From contig OX597817.1 in the NCBI GenBank assembly GCA_951406725.2, positions 51,708,001-51,772,000 of the forward strand: a stretch of DNA of 64,000 nucleotides. The letters run 5' to 3'. This DNA comes from Octopus vulgaris (lineage: Eukaryota). The notes below the pieces were generated by a model that did not search any database, was not told the origin of the DNA, and saw nothing but the letters and a program-made list of their open reading frames with translations. This document shows positions 13,836 through 27,686 of this stretch, piece after piece. Within the stretch, counting starts at the first letter, position 1. The number at the start of each line of letters is the position of its first letter. The position numbers and the translations under genes are program-made.

Positions 13836-14100
13836 CATTATTTACATTATTTACATTTGACGGATATTTGTCCTCATCTTGTTTGTTGTTAACACAACAT
13901 TTCGGCTGATATACCCTTCAGCCTTCATCAGGTGTCTTGGGGAAATTTCGAACCTAGGTTCTCATTCCTAAGGTATTTTTCGATGTTATTGTTGTTGTTA
14001 TTATTTTTAGTATTATTATTTAGGTCAATGCCTAGAATCGAACTCGAAATCTTGGGGTTAGTAGCCCGCGCCCTTAACCACTACGCCATATGCCCGTGGG
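13836..14100 (-). mobile_element. Second tRNA-headed hammerhead element
   Basis: Colinear with 4327-4590; hammerhead at 13891-13936 gacac-CUGAUGA-A-GGCUG..CAGCC-GAAAUGUU-guguu. Confidence 0.75.
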
Positions 14101-15275
14101 TCTTGGTTGTTGTGATTTCGGAAACTTATACGACATGGAAGCCGGGTACCAGCCTAATGAGTCCTAGGCCTCGAAAACAATTATGTCCAATGGATGATGG
14201 TAATGAGGTACTCTATTGCCACATATTTTATAGCGCTCAGGTATAATCAATCTCTGCGGAATTGGAACACCGCAGAATATTTTATGGCGTACTCGTACAT
14301 TGTGATGCTTAAATACGTTCGTTTCTGTTCCGAGGTGGTCGATCGCGGTTGCACAAAGAACCATAGCCAAAAATGCAAGATTTGCATCCTGTAAAGTAAT
14401 TCTCAAGATCAATATCTAAACTATACAGTTGATCTGAAAAACGATACCATAATCACATAGCGTAGATTATATGGTCTCACCATTCATTACAGCATCTTGT
14501 CAAAGAATCATAATTTTTTCCCATATAAAACCACTTTAAAATGTGTTTCAAGATTTGAGATAAAACATTCTAAAGTAGATTTGTTCCACAATATATGTCT
14601 GTAAAATAGAGGTGCGTCTTATATGAGAGTGCGTCTTAAACGCTAGCAAACAATATATGTGAATGTGTTCAAACTGGGCAGTTCTTTTTTTTTTTCAATC
14701 TATCATTTGTTTCAGTCATTAGACTGCGGCCATGTTGGGGCAGCACCTTGACTCATTTTAGTTGAACGAAACGACTCCATTACTTATGTTTTTAGCCTGA
14801 TACTTAATCTGTTATGCTCTAATAGCTAAGTTACGGGGACGTAACCATAGGGTTAGCCAGCGGTGGTGTGGGATAACACAGGCACAACGCACAGGCATAC
14901 ACATGCACACGCGCACACACACACACATACACACATGTAATATATATACACGTCGAAGTCACCAACCCCCTTCCACACGTACATACACACGGACGCGCAC
15001 CTTCATTTTGGGATCACCACAACTTTATTATCTCCCCTTCTTCGTAGCTCTCCTGTGTAACACCTCTGTCCGTCATTCGCCATGATAGATCAATGCCACC
15101 AAGCCTTTTTTTATTTTCTCTCCCTGTTTTTTATTTCTGTGTTCCTTTCTATCGAAGTGCGTAGGCTCGAAACATAAGAGACTTTCTCACTTCCCGAGTG
15201 TTAAACTAATTCATCTGTTTGTTGTTTACACACCCGTGTTCGTCTTTTGTTGCTTTTGCAAATTTTCAACCTATG

Positions 15276-15321
<46 letters not shown>

Positions 15322-15407
15322 AATATATATATATGAGTGTATGTATATACAGTGGAGCAAACCAGGAAACCGACCCTTATGAGGCAGGCTTGGCTCATGA
15401 AGGAACA

Positions 15408-15470
<63 letters not shown>

Positions 15471-15945
15471 CACATTCACACGCATATGTATGCAAGTATG
15501 TATGTTGAATTTACCTTTGGCTAGTGTCAACATATAACCATTTTCAACCTAAATACGGCGGAAAGGAATAAATCAGGATGGTAACGGCTTTTTGATAGCA
15601 GCATAGTCCACCAAATTGTCCGGAATAATTATATACAAGGAGGATAAGACTAGACGAGATGAGATTTGCTATGAGATTAGATAGGGTTTAACTCTATTAT
15701 AAATCATTTGTAATGTGGTTTTGTCGATAATTGAAATGGTTGAACAGACAACAGCTGATATACATGACAGATAAAAGGGAAAGAGGCGAGATTGTATACG
15801 ATAAGATTAGGCTTAAATTTGCATATCTTGTAATATGTAAATTGTATCATACATACATCAATAATGAAGGTGGGGAAATATATCTGTGTGTGTGCGAGCG
15901 CGTGTATGTACATATATATATATATAAAGTTATATATATATATAT

Positions 15946-15994
<49 letters not shown>

Positions 15995-15998
15995 CAAG

Positions 15999-16033
<35 letters not shown>

Positions 16034-16067
16034 TATATATATGTGTGTGTGTGTACGTATATGTGTG

Positions 16068-16290
16068 TGGAGGAGCGTGGCTTAGTGGTTAGGCTGTCAG
16101 CATCATGATCGTAAGATTGTGGTTTCGATTCCTGGACCGGGCGACGCGTTGTGTTCTTGAGCAGTCCACTCAGCTGGCAAAAATTATTAACGCTGCGATG
16201 GACTGCCGTCCCGTCCAGCTGGGGAACACGTACACCATTTTAAAACGGGAAACCGGGCCCATGAGCTTGGCTAGGCTTTGAAAGGGCACA
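16068..16290 (+). mobile_element. tRNA-derived SINE family D
   Basis: A box GTGGCTTAGTGG, B box GGTTTCGATTCC. Confidence 0.75.
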
Positions 16291-16384
16291 TCTATTTTTT
16301 TACGTTAGTATGTGTGTGTGCGCGCATGTACATATATATATACACACATATATGTATAATGTTTATATATATAATACTTTAAAG

Positions 16385-16445
<61 letters not shown>

Positions 16446-17194
16446 ATAGCATGCATTATACTTATTATTACATATACATATGTATGATACATACAATATT
16501 GGGTTGTTCATAATTAATGACCGTTATATAATTTAATTTATAACAGTTTTATTTAAAATTCAGAATGTTAAAAAAAACGTCGATAAACATATATCAACCG
16601 AATATTATGTATATACACACATAATCGAACTCACGACTTTATCATCGCCAGCCGAACACGCTAACCACTACGCCATGAACCTTCAAACATAAACACGTTA
16701 ACCTTATAAGTAAATGCGTGTGACTTGTTGGTTAGTCGGTGAGTTCATATAGGTCATTAAAGAGAAATGTATTACTTTTCACACGAATATTGGATTGCGA
16801 TAATGGCATTGTCTTCACTTCGTAATAAAGGAATTGGTAAGCGCAACACCATGAATAAAATTTCAACTATCGATTTCCTAAACATTGTAGTCAAACACGT
16901 TTTCTCTTCGTACAATTCTAACCAAAACTCGGACTACACTGATGTTATTACGGTTTAATAAAGTGATTCATGGAGTAAAGGAAAAGAAAGGATGTTTTAT
17001 AAGGGAGCAGGGAGAAGACCTGTAAATAGCTTTTAAAAATGGTTGTATTCTAGGAAGATTTGCTTCCCTCACAAACACATGGTTCGGTTCCACTGCGTGG
17101 CACATTGGCCAAGTGCCTTCTAATATGGCCTCGTGCCGACCAAAGCCTTATGAGTAGATTTGATAGACGGAAACCCAAAAACGCCCATCGTTTG

Positions 17195-17269
<75 letters not shown>

Positions 17270-17970
17270 AATAGAAATATTAAAATAACTAAGTCTCTCA
17301 AAAGAGAACAGCGGCAGCGTTCCCGGAAAATAATATTATCGCCATACTAATATACATTCTTATAAAAATAAGAAAAAAGCTACCGCTTATTATCCATGAG
17401 GCCATCGCCTTAAGTTAGCTATTTGATACACAAACTGTATCCATATAACCTTCGAACAAGGGAGGTCAGTCGCTTGTTCGAAGGTTATATGGATACAGTT
17501 TGTGTATCAAATAGCTAACTTAAGGCGATGGCCTCATGGAGCTAATAAGCGGACAGCTTTTTTCTTATTTTTATAAGAATGCCATATTAGTATGGCGATA
17601 ACTATTATTTTCCGGGAACGCTGCCGCTGTTCTCTTTTAGAGAGACTTAGTTATTTTAATATTTCTATTATTAAAAACAAGTGGATGTATTCCACCGAAA
17701 CTAGGTAAATAAAACCATCGAACAGAGATTGTCGGAAGCGACACCTACTGGCTGGCTACGCTGCATTGAAAAGGGGCAATACCCCGAAACGCGTCTGTAG
17801 CTGCCGGTCAAGTAGTGTGGAGCGACTGACCTCCCTTGTTCGAAGGTTATATGGATACAGTTTGTGTATCAAATAGCTAACTTAAGGCGATGGCCTCATG
17901 GAGCTAATAAGCGGACAGCTTTTTTCTTATTTTTATAAGAATGCCATATTAGTATGGCGATAACTATTAT
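17270..17970 (+). mobile_element. Penelope-type terminal structure: inverted arm + partial tandem repeat, flanked by (TA)n
   Basis: 17270-17472 is the reverse complement of the following sequence; 17473-17610 repeats at 17835-17970 (362-nt offset); hammerhead-like motif at 17760-17801. Confidence 0.75.
17760..17801 (+). ncRNA. Hammerhead variant with UUGAAAA core
   Basis: gcugca-UUGAAAA-GGGG caaua CCCC-GAAACGCGUC-uguagc. Confidence 0.65.
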
Positions 17971-17974
17971 TTAC

Positions 17975-18048
<74 letters not shown>

Positions 18049-18223
18049 ATACATATACATATATACACATATACATATATATATATACATATATATATAT
18101 ATACATATACATATATATATATATACATATACATATATATATACATATACATATATATATACATATACATATATATATACATATACATATATATATACAT
18201 ATACATACATATATATATATATG

Positions 18224-18255
<32 letters not shown>

Positions 18256-18549
18256 TGTATGTATGTATGTATGCATGTATGTATGTACGCGCTGGGTGGC
18301 TGGGTGGCAAGTAGCTTGCTAACCAGCCACATGGTTCTGGGTTCAGTCCCACTGCGTGGCAACTTGGGTAGGTGCCTTCTACTATACCCTCCGGTCGATC
18401 AAAGCCTTGTGAATGGATTTTATAATACAAAATGGGGCAAGAACGCAAAACATACAGACAGTTAGGTGAAGCAAAAAAAGGAAAACAAAATATCCAGAAA
18501 AGATATATTACTGCTTCGTACTAAATATGATATATATCTGCTTCAATGA

Positions 18550-19110
18550 AGCAAAACTCGTCTTGTAGCCATGAGGTTTCGAGTTCAGTTCCACTATCCT
18601 GCCCCTTAGGCAAGTATGTTCTGATATAGCGACTGGCGACCAATGCTTCGTAAGGGAATTTAGTAGCCTAAACTGTGTGGAATACAGTCGTGTGTGTGTG
18701 TGTGCGCGCGCGAACGCGTGTGTGCGCGCGCGAACGCGTGTGTGCGCGCTCGAACGCGTGTGTGCGTTTGCGTGCGTCTGTGTGTGTGTATATATATGTG
18801 AGTGTGTGTGTGCATATATATATATGTGTATGTGTGCATATATGTGTGTGTGCATATATATATGTGCGCGTGTTTGTGTGCGTGTGAGTGTGTGTATTTA
18901 TATTTGTGTTTATCGCCGCCACCGATTGACGACCGGTGTCGGTTCGTTAACGTCCGGTAACTTAGCGGTTCGGCAAAAGAGAACGATAAGTATCAAACTA
19001 AAATATCAAAATTAAGATAAGTATCCAACTTTAAAACAAAAATAAGCACTTTGGCCGATTGATTTCCCTAAACCATCCATGGACAGTGCCCCAGCTTGGC
19101 CGTAGTCCAA
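18550..19110 (+). mobile_element. SINE family A-related, diverged
   Basis: Degenerate head, long (TG/CG) microsatellite, AACTTAGCGGTTCGGCAAAAGAG, tail GTGCCCCAGCTTGGCCGTAGTC. Confidence 0.65.
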
Positions 19111-19424
19111 CGACGTCTAAATAACACTATCGTTCGTCTATGCCGTGAAACATTATCCGAATACCATTTCCTCCCTCTGTAGAAACGGTCCGCCCCCAGA
19201 TTATAATGGAAGGACCTCATTTGTTACATGAGGTTCTATCTTGAGTCTAATGGACGTCGAACGAAAGGGGCTCAGGCTATTAATTGTTTAATAGATATTT
19301 CATTACTCAACGTCTTTAAATCATTCCTCATTAATCCAATTTTCATCATCCCTATAAAATTACAAATGATCTTAAATTATCTTCAATAGCAGTCTTGGTC
19401 TTATTCGTTCAAAATGAATTAAAG

Positions 19425-19728
19425 TGTTTCAACAGCTTGGGTTTAAGGGGACCACAGCTCTTCAATATCATTCCTAAATGCCTGAGAGACCTGCATGGTG
19501 TGGATGTGGGTTTCTTTAAAACTAAACTGGATCTCTTCTTGTCAGGGGTTCCAGATGAACCTACCTCTCGGCAGGAAACACAGATGCGGGCAGCGGCGTC
19601 GAACTCCCTTGTTGACCAAGTGCCACATATCAGAGGTGGTTTCACATACTAGTGTAGCACAGTCAACGGTGTTGCCCCAGCATGGCCGCAGCTTTCGGGC
19701 TGAAACATTTTTAAGGATTTAAGGAATT
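19425..19728 (+). mobile_element. 3' fragment of a second CR1/L2-group LINE family
   Basis: FNSLGLRGPQLFNIIP...FKTKLDLFLSGVPDEP aligns with C-terminus of the 1411-aa ORF (IGPALFNITP...[16 protein letters not shown]); ends in TTTAAGGA x2. Confidence 0.85.
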
Positions 19729-19759
19729 GACGTCTTATTGTCACAGTAATGAATCTTAC

Positions 19760-19929
19760 TTTTATTTGCAACTGTGATTTCCATGGCATTGACAGAAACA
19801 AACGGCAATGTAACCGCTGTGCCAGGTCTGCTCCATCTACTAAAGGACTTATATCCAACCGTTTGACGATATTGAGACAAATACTTTTGGTCAGCATCAA
19901 CAGGTTTGTTTAGTTGAGTTGATATCTTC
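19760..19929 (-). pseudogene. Candidate exon of an unidentified, possibly decayed gene
   Basis: ttacattcag|G ... AAAA|gtaaga, one open frame KISTQLNKPVDADQKYLSQYRQTVGYKSFSRWSRPGTAVTLPFVSVNAMEITVANK. Confidence 0.35.
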
Positions 19930-20339
19930 CTGAATGTAAGCCCTTTGCTACGCAAAACAACTTATGCCAATTTTCCAGAGGACATTTCTATGAATTTTTA
20001 AATAGGTTCATCAACGTTGAATGTCAAATGGAAGGCAAAATTATGAATGAATATTTGCATTCCGGAATTGAAAGAGATATGTTATATCACATATAGCATG
20101 TTATGTACCATGTTTTATGTTGAAGAGATATGCTATTTAAGAAGATGCATTGTATGTCCATAAAAGCGCTGAACACAGCGGAACGAAATCCTACAGGTGA
20201 ATTAACTGACGTTATTGTTCAGAATTTGCAAAATTTAATCGAACGATGGAGAATTCAATGAGACTTTCAGTGCTCATGATAGGAATAAAATACGCTTTGT
20301 ACTCGTGTGAAGGATGCGTGCACGCACGCGTGAGTATAT

Positions 20340-20705
20340 GGGTGTGTTAAGAAATTTGTTTCCCAAGCACATGGTTCAGTTCCACTGTGTGGCACCTTAG
20401 CAAGTGTCATCTGCTACAGCCTCGGGCCAGCGAAAGCCTTGTGAGTTTAGTAGACGGAAACGGAAAGAAGCCCGTCATGTGTGTGTGTGTTCGTGTGTCT
20501 GTCTACATTTGTGTCCGTGTGTGTCTACCACCACCGCTGGACAACCGGTGCTGGTGTGTTTACATCGCCGTAACTTAGCGGTACAATAAGTACCAGCCTT
20601 TCTAAAAAATAAAAAAAGTACTGGAATCGATCCATTCGACTAAAAATTCTTCAAGGCGGTGCCCCAGCATGGCCGCAGATTGAAACCAATAAAAGGTCAA
20701 ATATA
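20340..20705 (+). mobile_element. SINE family A
   Basis: Diverged near full-length copy. Confidence 0.8.
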
Positions 20706-20794
20706 AAAAGCAACTGTAAAACCATCAGATCCGAAAATTCGTCCATGAATGGTAATTTTACGCCAAATATTATAAAACACAAATGTCAAGAACA

Positions 20795-21193
20795 GCACAT
20801 GACCTTGCAGGTGGGGCCCAGTTAGAATTTTATTCTGGTCGAGTAACCCATCCCGCTCAAAAGGTCCCTGAATAAAGGTTGTTTAAGGATGTTGAATGAA
20901 ACACCCATGTTTCCAGAAGTGAATCATTCAAACCCCAAAGAATCCCTCTCAACACATGGCTATGATGCTCCCCCACTACTTCTGCTCATGATCAGAAATA
21001 CACATATTGTCAGCCACTAAGGGACATGGTCAACTGGTTAAGGTCAAACAACTGACAAGCAAATCTGTGGTTTTGAGCAGAATATTTGCTGTAGCCCATC
21101 TTTTATACCAAGACAAAACAATGTACATGATAACACTTCCAATCAGTTAAGATCAGAAGCCATGAGAGCCACTGCCTGGTACTGCATCAGGGC

Positions 21194-21238
<45 letters not shown>
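20795..21238. repeat. Probable interspersed repeat ending in (ATT)n
   Basis: GC-balanced 400-bp block abutting (ATT)n; single copy here, class unknown. Confidence 0.3.
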
Positions 21239-21459
21239 GGAATTCAAGAACGAAAACTACGAAAACAATTAAGTTGTTCCAAAACTCTGGAAACTGAGAA
21301 ATAGTTGAAAGATTATCATTTTATTATCATTTCGGAAACGATTGATTAATCATATTGTCAGAAAGTGTTGCAGGGAAAATGTTTCAATTCAATAATTATG
21401 CAGAAGAAAAAGCTTTTGAATTTTACCTACATTCTAACTGTAGACAGTATGGAAGACGT

Positions 21460-21817
21460 TGTTATCATTATTATTATTATTATTATTATTACTGTTGTTA
21501 TTGTTGTTGTTGCTGTTATTATTACTATTATTATTATTGTTGTTGCTGTTGTTATTATTACTATTATTATTATTATTGTTGTTGTTGTTGCTGTTATTAT
21601 TATTATTATTGTTGTTGCTGTTGTTATTATTACTATTATTATTATTGTTGTTGTTGCTGTTGTTATTATTACTATCATTATTATTATTATTATTATTGTT
21701 GTTGTTGTTGTTGCTGCTGTTATTATTATTACTATTATTATTATTGTTAATATTATTGTTGCTGCTGCTGCTGTTATTATTATTACTATTATTATCATTG
21801 TTATTATTGTTGTCGCT

Positions 21818-21866
<49 letters not shown>

Positions 21867-21962
21867 CGTCATTATTGTTGTTGCTGCTGTTATTGTTACT
21901 ATTATTATTATTGTTATTATTATTATTGTTGTTGTTATTATTGATATTACTATTATTATTGT

Positions 21963-22021
<59 letters not shown>
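21460..22021. repeat. Compound trinucleotide array (ATT/GTT/GCT/AGT)
   Basis: Direct. Confidence 0.95.
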
Positions 22022-22491
22022 TTTAACAAACTTGTACGACACGTTTCATTTCTGTACTCGCTACACGTGTTAGTCATCTCGTTAACATTCAGAAGGTATT
22101 TGTGATTTTTACGTTTTCTTTTAACTGCTTTATTTTAATATTATAACGTCAGGTTTTTTCGCTTTTTTTTTTTCCTTTTTAATACAAAATCACTCTTTCA
22201 AATATTGTTACAATTCTTTAGTTTTTTTTTTTTTAAATGATCTTCAGTAAATTTTCGGAAATGTAATCCACCTTTCTTTGCTAAACTAGGACACACGGAC
22301 ATATGTAAAGCATCTTTACATTTCTCTTGCACTATTTTCTCTTTCTTTTCCCTCATTATCACAGCATCTCAAATACTCCCACACGAGCTCAAATATTTCC
22401 AACATATTTTTTCGCTGTGCTATGCTTTTGAGATTATCTCACTTTGTATCAATATATCATTCTATATTTCCTTTATCTCACACACACGTGT

Positions 22492-22591
<100 letters not shown>

Positions 22592-22719
22592 GTATGTATG
22601 TATGTATGTATGTAATTATTCAGCTTTATTTAAAGATTTCTTCCCGATAAGGAGTAGGTTTCTAACCTAGATCCCAGGTTCATCATCAATTTTTGTTTGT
22701 ATGTATGTGTGTATATATA

Positions 22720-23120
22720 TAGATTTGTATGTTTTGCTTTGTTTATGTATTCTCATGCATATAGTTACATATTTAGACATGCTTATATATATTTAAATGA
22801 TAAATCTCTGGAAAGTTTTACAGATTTTCACGATTTCAGTGATAGCTTGGATCTGTAGTCTTCGAATCAGCTTTCTCTTTTCTGGTCTCGAGAAGCCTAG
22901 TTTCTCGAGATTGATATTTAGTGTGTTACATATCTCAGGGCCCCAATACTTATAGGTATAAACCTGATATTGTAACCTGGATAGAGTAACTGCAGATGTA
23001 TGTATGTGTATGTGCAGATTTGCATGTTTTGCTTTATTTTTTTTATTTCTCCTGCGTATAGTTGCATATCTAGACATGCTCATATATATTTAAGTGGTAA
23101 ACTTCTGGAAAGTTTTATGC
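22720..23120 (-). mobile_element. 3' fragments of an RLE-type (R4/Dong-like) LINE
   Basis: LEKLGFSRPEKRKLIRRLQIQAITEIVKICKTFQRFII*; homologous to 34385-34732; 3' UTR partly duplicated. Confidence 0.65.
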
Positions 23121-23310
23121 ATATGTGTTTTCTTTTATTCTTTTACTTGCTTCAGTCATTTGACAGCGACCATGCTGGAGCACTGCGTTTAGTCGAGGAA
23201 ATCGATCCCATGACCTATTCTTGTAAGCCTAGTAGTTATTCTATCGGTGTCTTTGCCGAACCGCTAAGTTACGGGGACGTAAACACACCAACATCAAACA
23301 TCGACACACA

Positions 23311-23368
<58 letters not shown>

Positions 23369-23394
23369 TATACGTCGGGCTTCTTTCAGTTATT

Positions 23395-24013
23395 CGATCT
23401 CGGCGGAATTTGAACTCAGAACGGAACGGCAGACGAAATGCTTGTTTCTTTACTACCCACAAAGGACTAAACACAGAAGGGACAAACAAGGACAGTCAAA
23501 CGGATTAAGTCGATTACATCGACCCCAGTGCGTAACTGGTACTTATTTAATCGACCCGGAAAGAATGAAAGGCAAAGTCGACCTCGGCGGAATTTGAACT
23601 CAGAACGTAACGACGGACGAAATACCTATTTCTTTACTACCCGCAAGGGGCTAAACACAGAAGAGGCAAACAAGGAGAGACAAATGGATTAAGTTGATTA
23701 TATCGACCCCAATGCGTAACTGGTACTTATTTAATCGACCCCGGCAGTATTTGAACTCAGAACATAGTGGCAGACGGAATACTATTTCTTTACTGCCCAC
23801 AAGGGGCTAAACATAAAGGGGCCAAACAAGGACAGACAAACGGATTAAGTCAATTATATCGACCCCAGTGCGTAACTGGTACTTAATTTATTGACCCCGA
23901 AATGATGAAAAGTAAAGTCGACCTTGGCGGAATTTGAACTCAGAACGTAGCGGCAGACGAAACACCGTTAAGCATTTCATCCGGCGTGCTAACGCTTCTG
24001 CCAGCTCGCCGCC
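23395..24013 (-). mobile_element. SINE B head-to-tail array (one full head + headless units)
   Basis: Repeated units joined at AAGAAATAG|GTATTTCGTC; interrupts a SINE A copy at 23135-23390. Confidence 0.9.
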
Positions 24014-24660
24014 TTTCTTTAGTATTAGTATCAAAAAAACAAAAGCGATATCCAATTTATTCTTAAAGACAGCAATGGAGACTTCCAGCCAATGAAACTG
24101 GAATACTTTGCTGTAGTCTTATAGAGTGGAAGAAATACAATAAAAATATGAAGTATAACAATTGAAAAACGAGGACTATTCATTGAGCTGATATTCTGGT
24201 ACTATGTGAGGTTGAGGGCAGTTAGAGTTTAGAGATATTCGGGACGGTGTCCTGTTTAATTCATAAAAGCAAAACTCTCACGAGAAATCGATTCAGAATA
24301 GTACATTTGCAACTAAGCAATACGATTATCGATCAAAGTTGAAATATAAATAAATATATTTTCCCTCGCAATAACTTGACCCAAACGCATACAACTGTAC
24401 ATACACAAACACGCACACATTCATACATGTGACTGGGTGTTTGTAAAATGTGCAAACACGCGTGCGCAAACATCTACGCATGTGACACGTGTGTAAACAT
24501 ATATTTTAATGTCTGCCATTCTATTTTAATTTCCCTGTCGACATAATAATCTCCTAATTTGTTCCGAAACACCATAATAAAAAGAAAGTGTGTGTGTGTT
24601 TGTGTGTGTGTGTGCGTATTTATAAATATATAAACATATATATACTGAGAGAGAGAAAGG

Positions 24661-24751
<91 letters not shown>

Positions 24752-24752
24752 G

Positions 24753-24830
<78 letters not shown>

Positions 24831-24867
24831 TGCATATATGTTTATTTTGAACAGATGTAGATAGAAA

Positions 24868-24923
<56 letters not shown>

Positions 24924-25123
24924 TGTTAGCATGTGTATGCATTTGAGTGTGCGCGTCCATGTATCAATGTGTGTGTACACACACACACATATATACATAT
25001 ATGTATTTATGTATGTATATATATATATATATATATATGCATGTTAGCATGTGTATGCATTTGAGTGTGCGCGTGTATGTATCAATGTGTGTGTACACAC
25101 ACACATATATACATATGTGTATT

Positions 25124-25159
<36 letters not shown>

Positions 25160-25252
25160 TATATATATAATATTAATCCAAACGGGAAACAAAAAAACAA
25201 CAACAAGGGAACAATTACAGTATTATTATTAATAGGCGCTCAATATATTGTG

Positions 25253-25309
<57 letters not shown>

Positions 25310-25504
25310 GATCTAGTAATTATTTCTTGTCTCGGCATTCATACTACATAGAATACAGTTGAATGATATCGATCTAAGTCCTCCTAACGTAAGAATGCTT
25401 GTACTTAACTCCACTTCTTTGTTATTTATCATATTATCTTTATCTTTCACAAGAACTAATAGCTATTATCCATCAACTAATCGAATATTTATTCTATGCC
25501 TTAC

Positions 25505-25566
25505 CATACTATCAGCCATTGTACAACTAGTATTCTCTGGTACTTCAATAAAGTCATTATTCTGTG
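25505..25566 (-). pseudogene. Candidate exon
   Basis: tgtttgcag|CA...ATG|gtaagg; QNNDFIEVPENTSCTMADSM. Confidence 0.3.
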
Positions 25567-25644
25567 CTGCAAACATACAGCAAAAATTAAACGGTGTATA
25601 GTATATATCAGAAATACATAGACTACAACGAAAATTATTTACGT

Positions 25645-25773
25645 TTTTCTTGTTTCAATCACGGGATGGCGGCCATGCTAAGGGTCCACCTTCCGGGAGT
25701 TAGCTGAACAAATTGACCCCAGTACTTACTTTTTTGAAGTCTGATAAGGAGCACAAACAAATACACACACAGA

Positions 25774-25806
<33 letters not shown>

Positions 25807-26170
25807 TGGCTGCCCACTCCATATGTAAGTCTGACCACGTCCTGTACCTCCACATTTGATCCATCATGACGTCTGTGGCTTCTTAAACCAGACATTGCAC
25901 GGAAAAGAAACCCACTAACATCGCATATCCGATTTGGCCCACCGAGATCTTTGTGCATCTTAAAATGTAGAAAATAAGCGTTTTATGGACGTGAACGTGA
26001 AGCTCAGGGTAACCTGATAGACCGGCCAAAACTATCTTTATATAATATACATATGTGTGTGTACGACGAGATTCTTTCAGTTTCCGTTTACCAAATTCAC
26101 TCACAAAGTGCCACACAGTGCGACTTAACCCGGGACCATGTGGTTGGAAAGCAAGTCTCTGACCACACAG
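25645..26170 (-). mobile_element. SINE A with a 240-bp insertion in its internal (TA)n
   Basis: 3' half 25645-25775, foreign block 25803-26040, 5' half 26060-26170. Confidence 0.7.
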
Positions 26171-27351
26171 TCCCTTTTTTATTATGTTTTTAGGGGGGAG
26201 AGGTTCACTGTAATAGACTGAATTTACTTTGAAGCGTAAATGAATCCAGCCGACAGGCCTCCACTCAGTTCAATGCAAATTTACATAAGAACGGCATGAA
26301 CACCACGCAACTGCATTCCCTAAACTGAGAAGAAAACAAACAACGTTATACACCGTTTCCAACACGAGGTTAATAATTACAATAGCAATATCATTAAAAT
26401 AGCTGAAACGTACTTGATACAAAGAGCGGAAGTTCACTGGGCGGATATCATTGAACTACTTCCGTTTATAATCACATTATCACGCCGCTTGCGAGAAATA
26501 TAAAAATGAAGTCGCAAAGGTCATAATTATTATGGTCTTTAATCTATTTTTTATTAGCCAGCTATTATACTTTTTTATTTTCCATTTTAAACGTTTTGAT
26601 AAATTATTGTTTACTTTAACAATTACCGTAATTTTATTTGTTAATATTTCTATAATAGATTTTCTTCCATTTATTATTATTATTATTGTTATTGTTTAAA
26701 AATCTAATTATATATATTTTTTATTTCATTTCCACAATATCTTAGATTATTTTATTTAATTACTCTTCTCTGTCATTCAATAACCATTAGAGTAGTTTTA
26801 TTTTAAAAAATTACATTCTTGATATCACTTATCGTTTTTTTTTTTGTTGTTGGGTTGTATTTTTTTCATTTTTTTTCTTTTTGTTTCCTCTTCTTTTTCG
26901 GTGTCTTTTATGTCTGTGTTAACATGGTGCGAGAGTATCAACAGATGGAAATTAATAGACAAATAAGTAGATAATTGAATTGAGAAACAAAGAAAAGTAA
27001 ATTTTTTATATGTTGCTGCTTTTAAAGTTATTTTAATTTTATCGTTTTTGTTCGACATCGTTGAAATATTTGCCTTATTGTTTTGTTTAAATTCGTGAAT
27101 GCTATACGAGAACTAATGTTATTATTGTGTTACGTTATGATATATATATACATACATACATATGTATGTATGTATATATACATATATATATATATATACA
27201 TACATACATACATATGTATGTATATATATATATACATATATATATATACATACATACATACATATGTATGTATATATATATATACATATATATATATGTG
27301 TATGTATATATATGTATGTATGTATATATATATATATGCATATATATATAG

Positions 27352-27385
<34 letters not shown>

Positions 27386-27388
27386 ATA

Positions 27389-27464
<76 letters not shown>

Positions 27465-27642
27465 ATAAATAAATATTAGGGAATGAATCCAAAATTACAG
27501 GGAAAAAAATCAGATTTAGGGTTAAATCCAATTTTATAGTAAAATATTATATAATATAATTCGAGACAAAACCACTATTTTAAAACCAAACAAGGAAAGA
27601 CTTAATCAATACATAAAATTTTAATATAAATTAAATAAACCG

Positions 27643-27686
27643 CCACTACAAATGTTTCATGTCTGCTACCGACAATCTTCAGGTGG
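27643..27686 (-). ncRNA. Minimal type I hammerhead ribozyme
   Basis: ccac-CUGAAGA-uUGUC gguagca GACAu-GAAACAUUUGUA-gugg; near the end of a TA-flanked block about 27475-29050. Confidence 0.75.

Noticed and set aside
21355-22105. Poly-Leu/Ile/Thr/Asn ORFs
   Set aside because: Trinucleotide repeat array with no coding signature.
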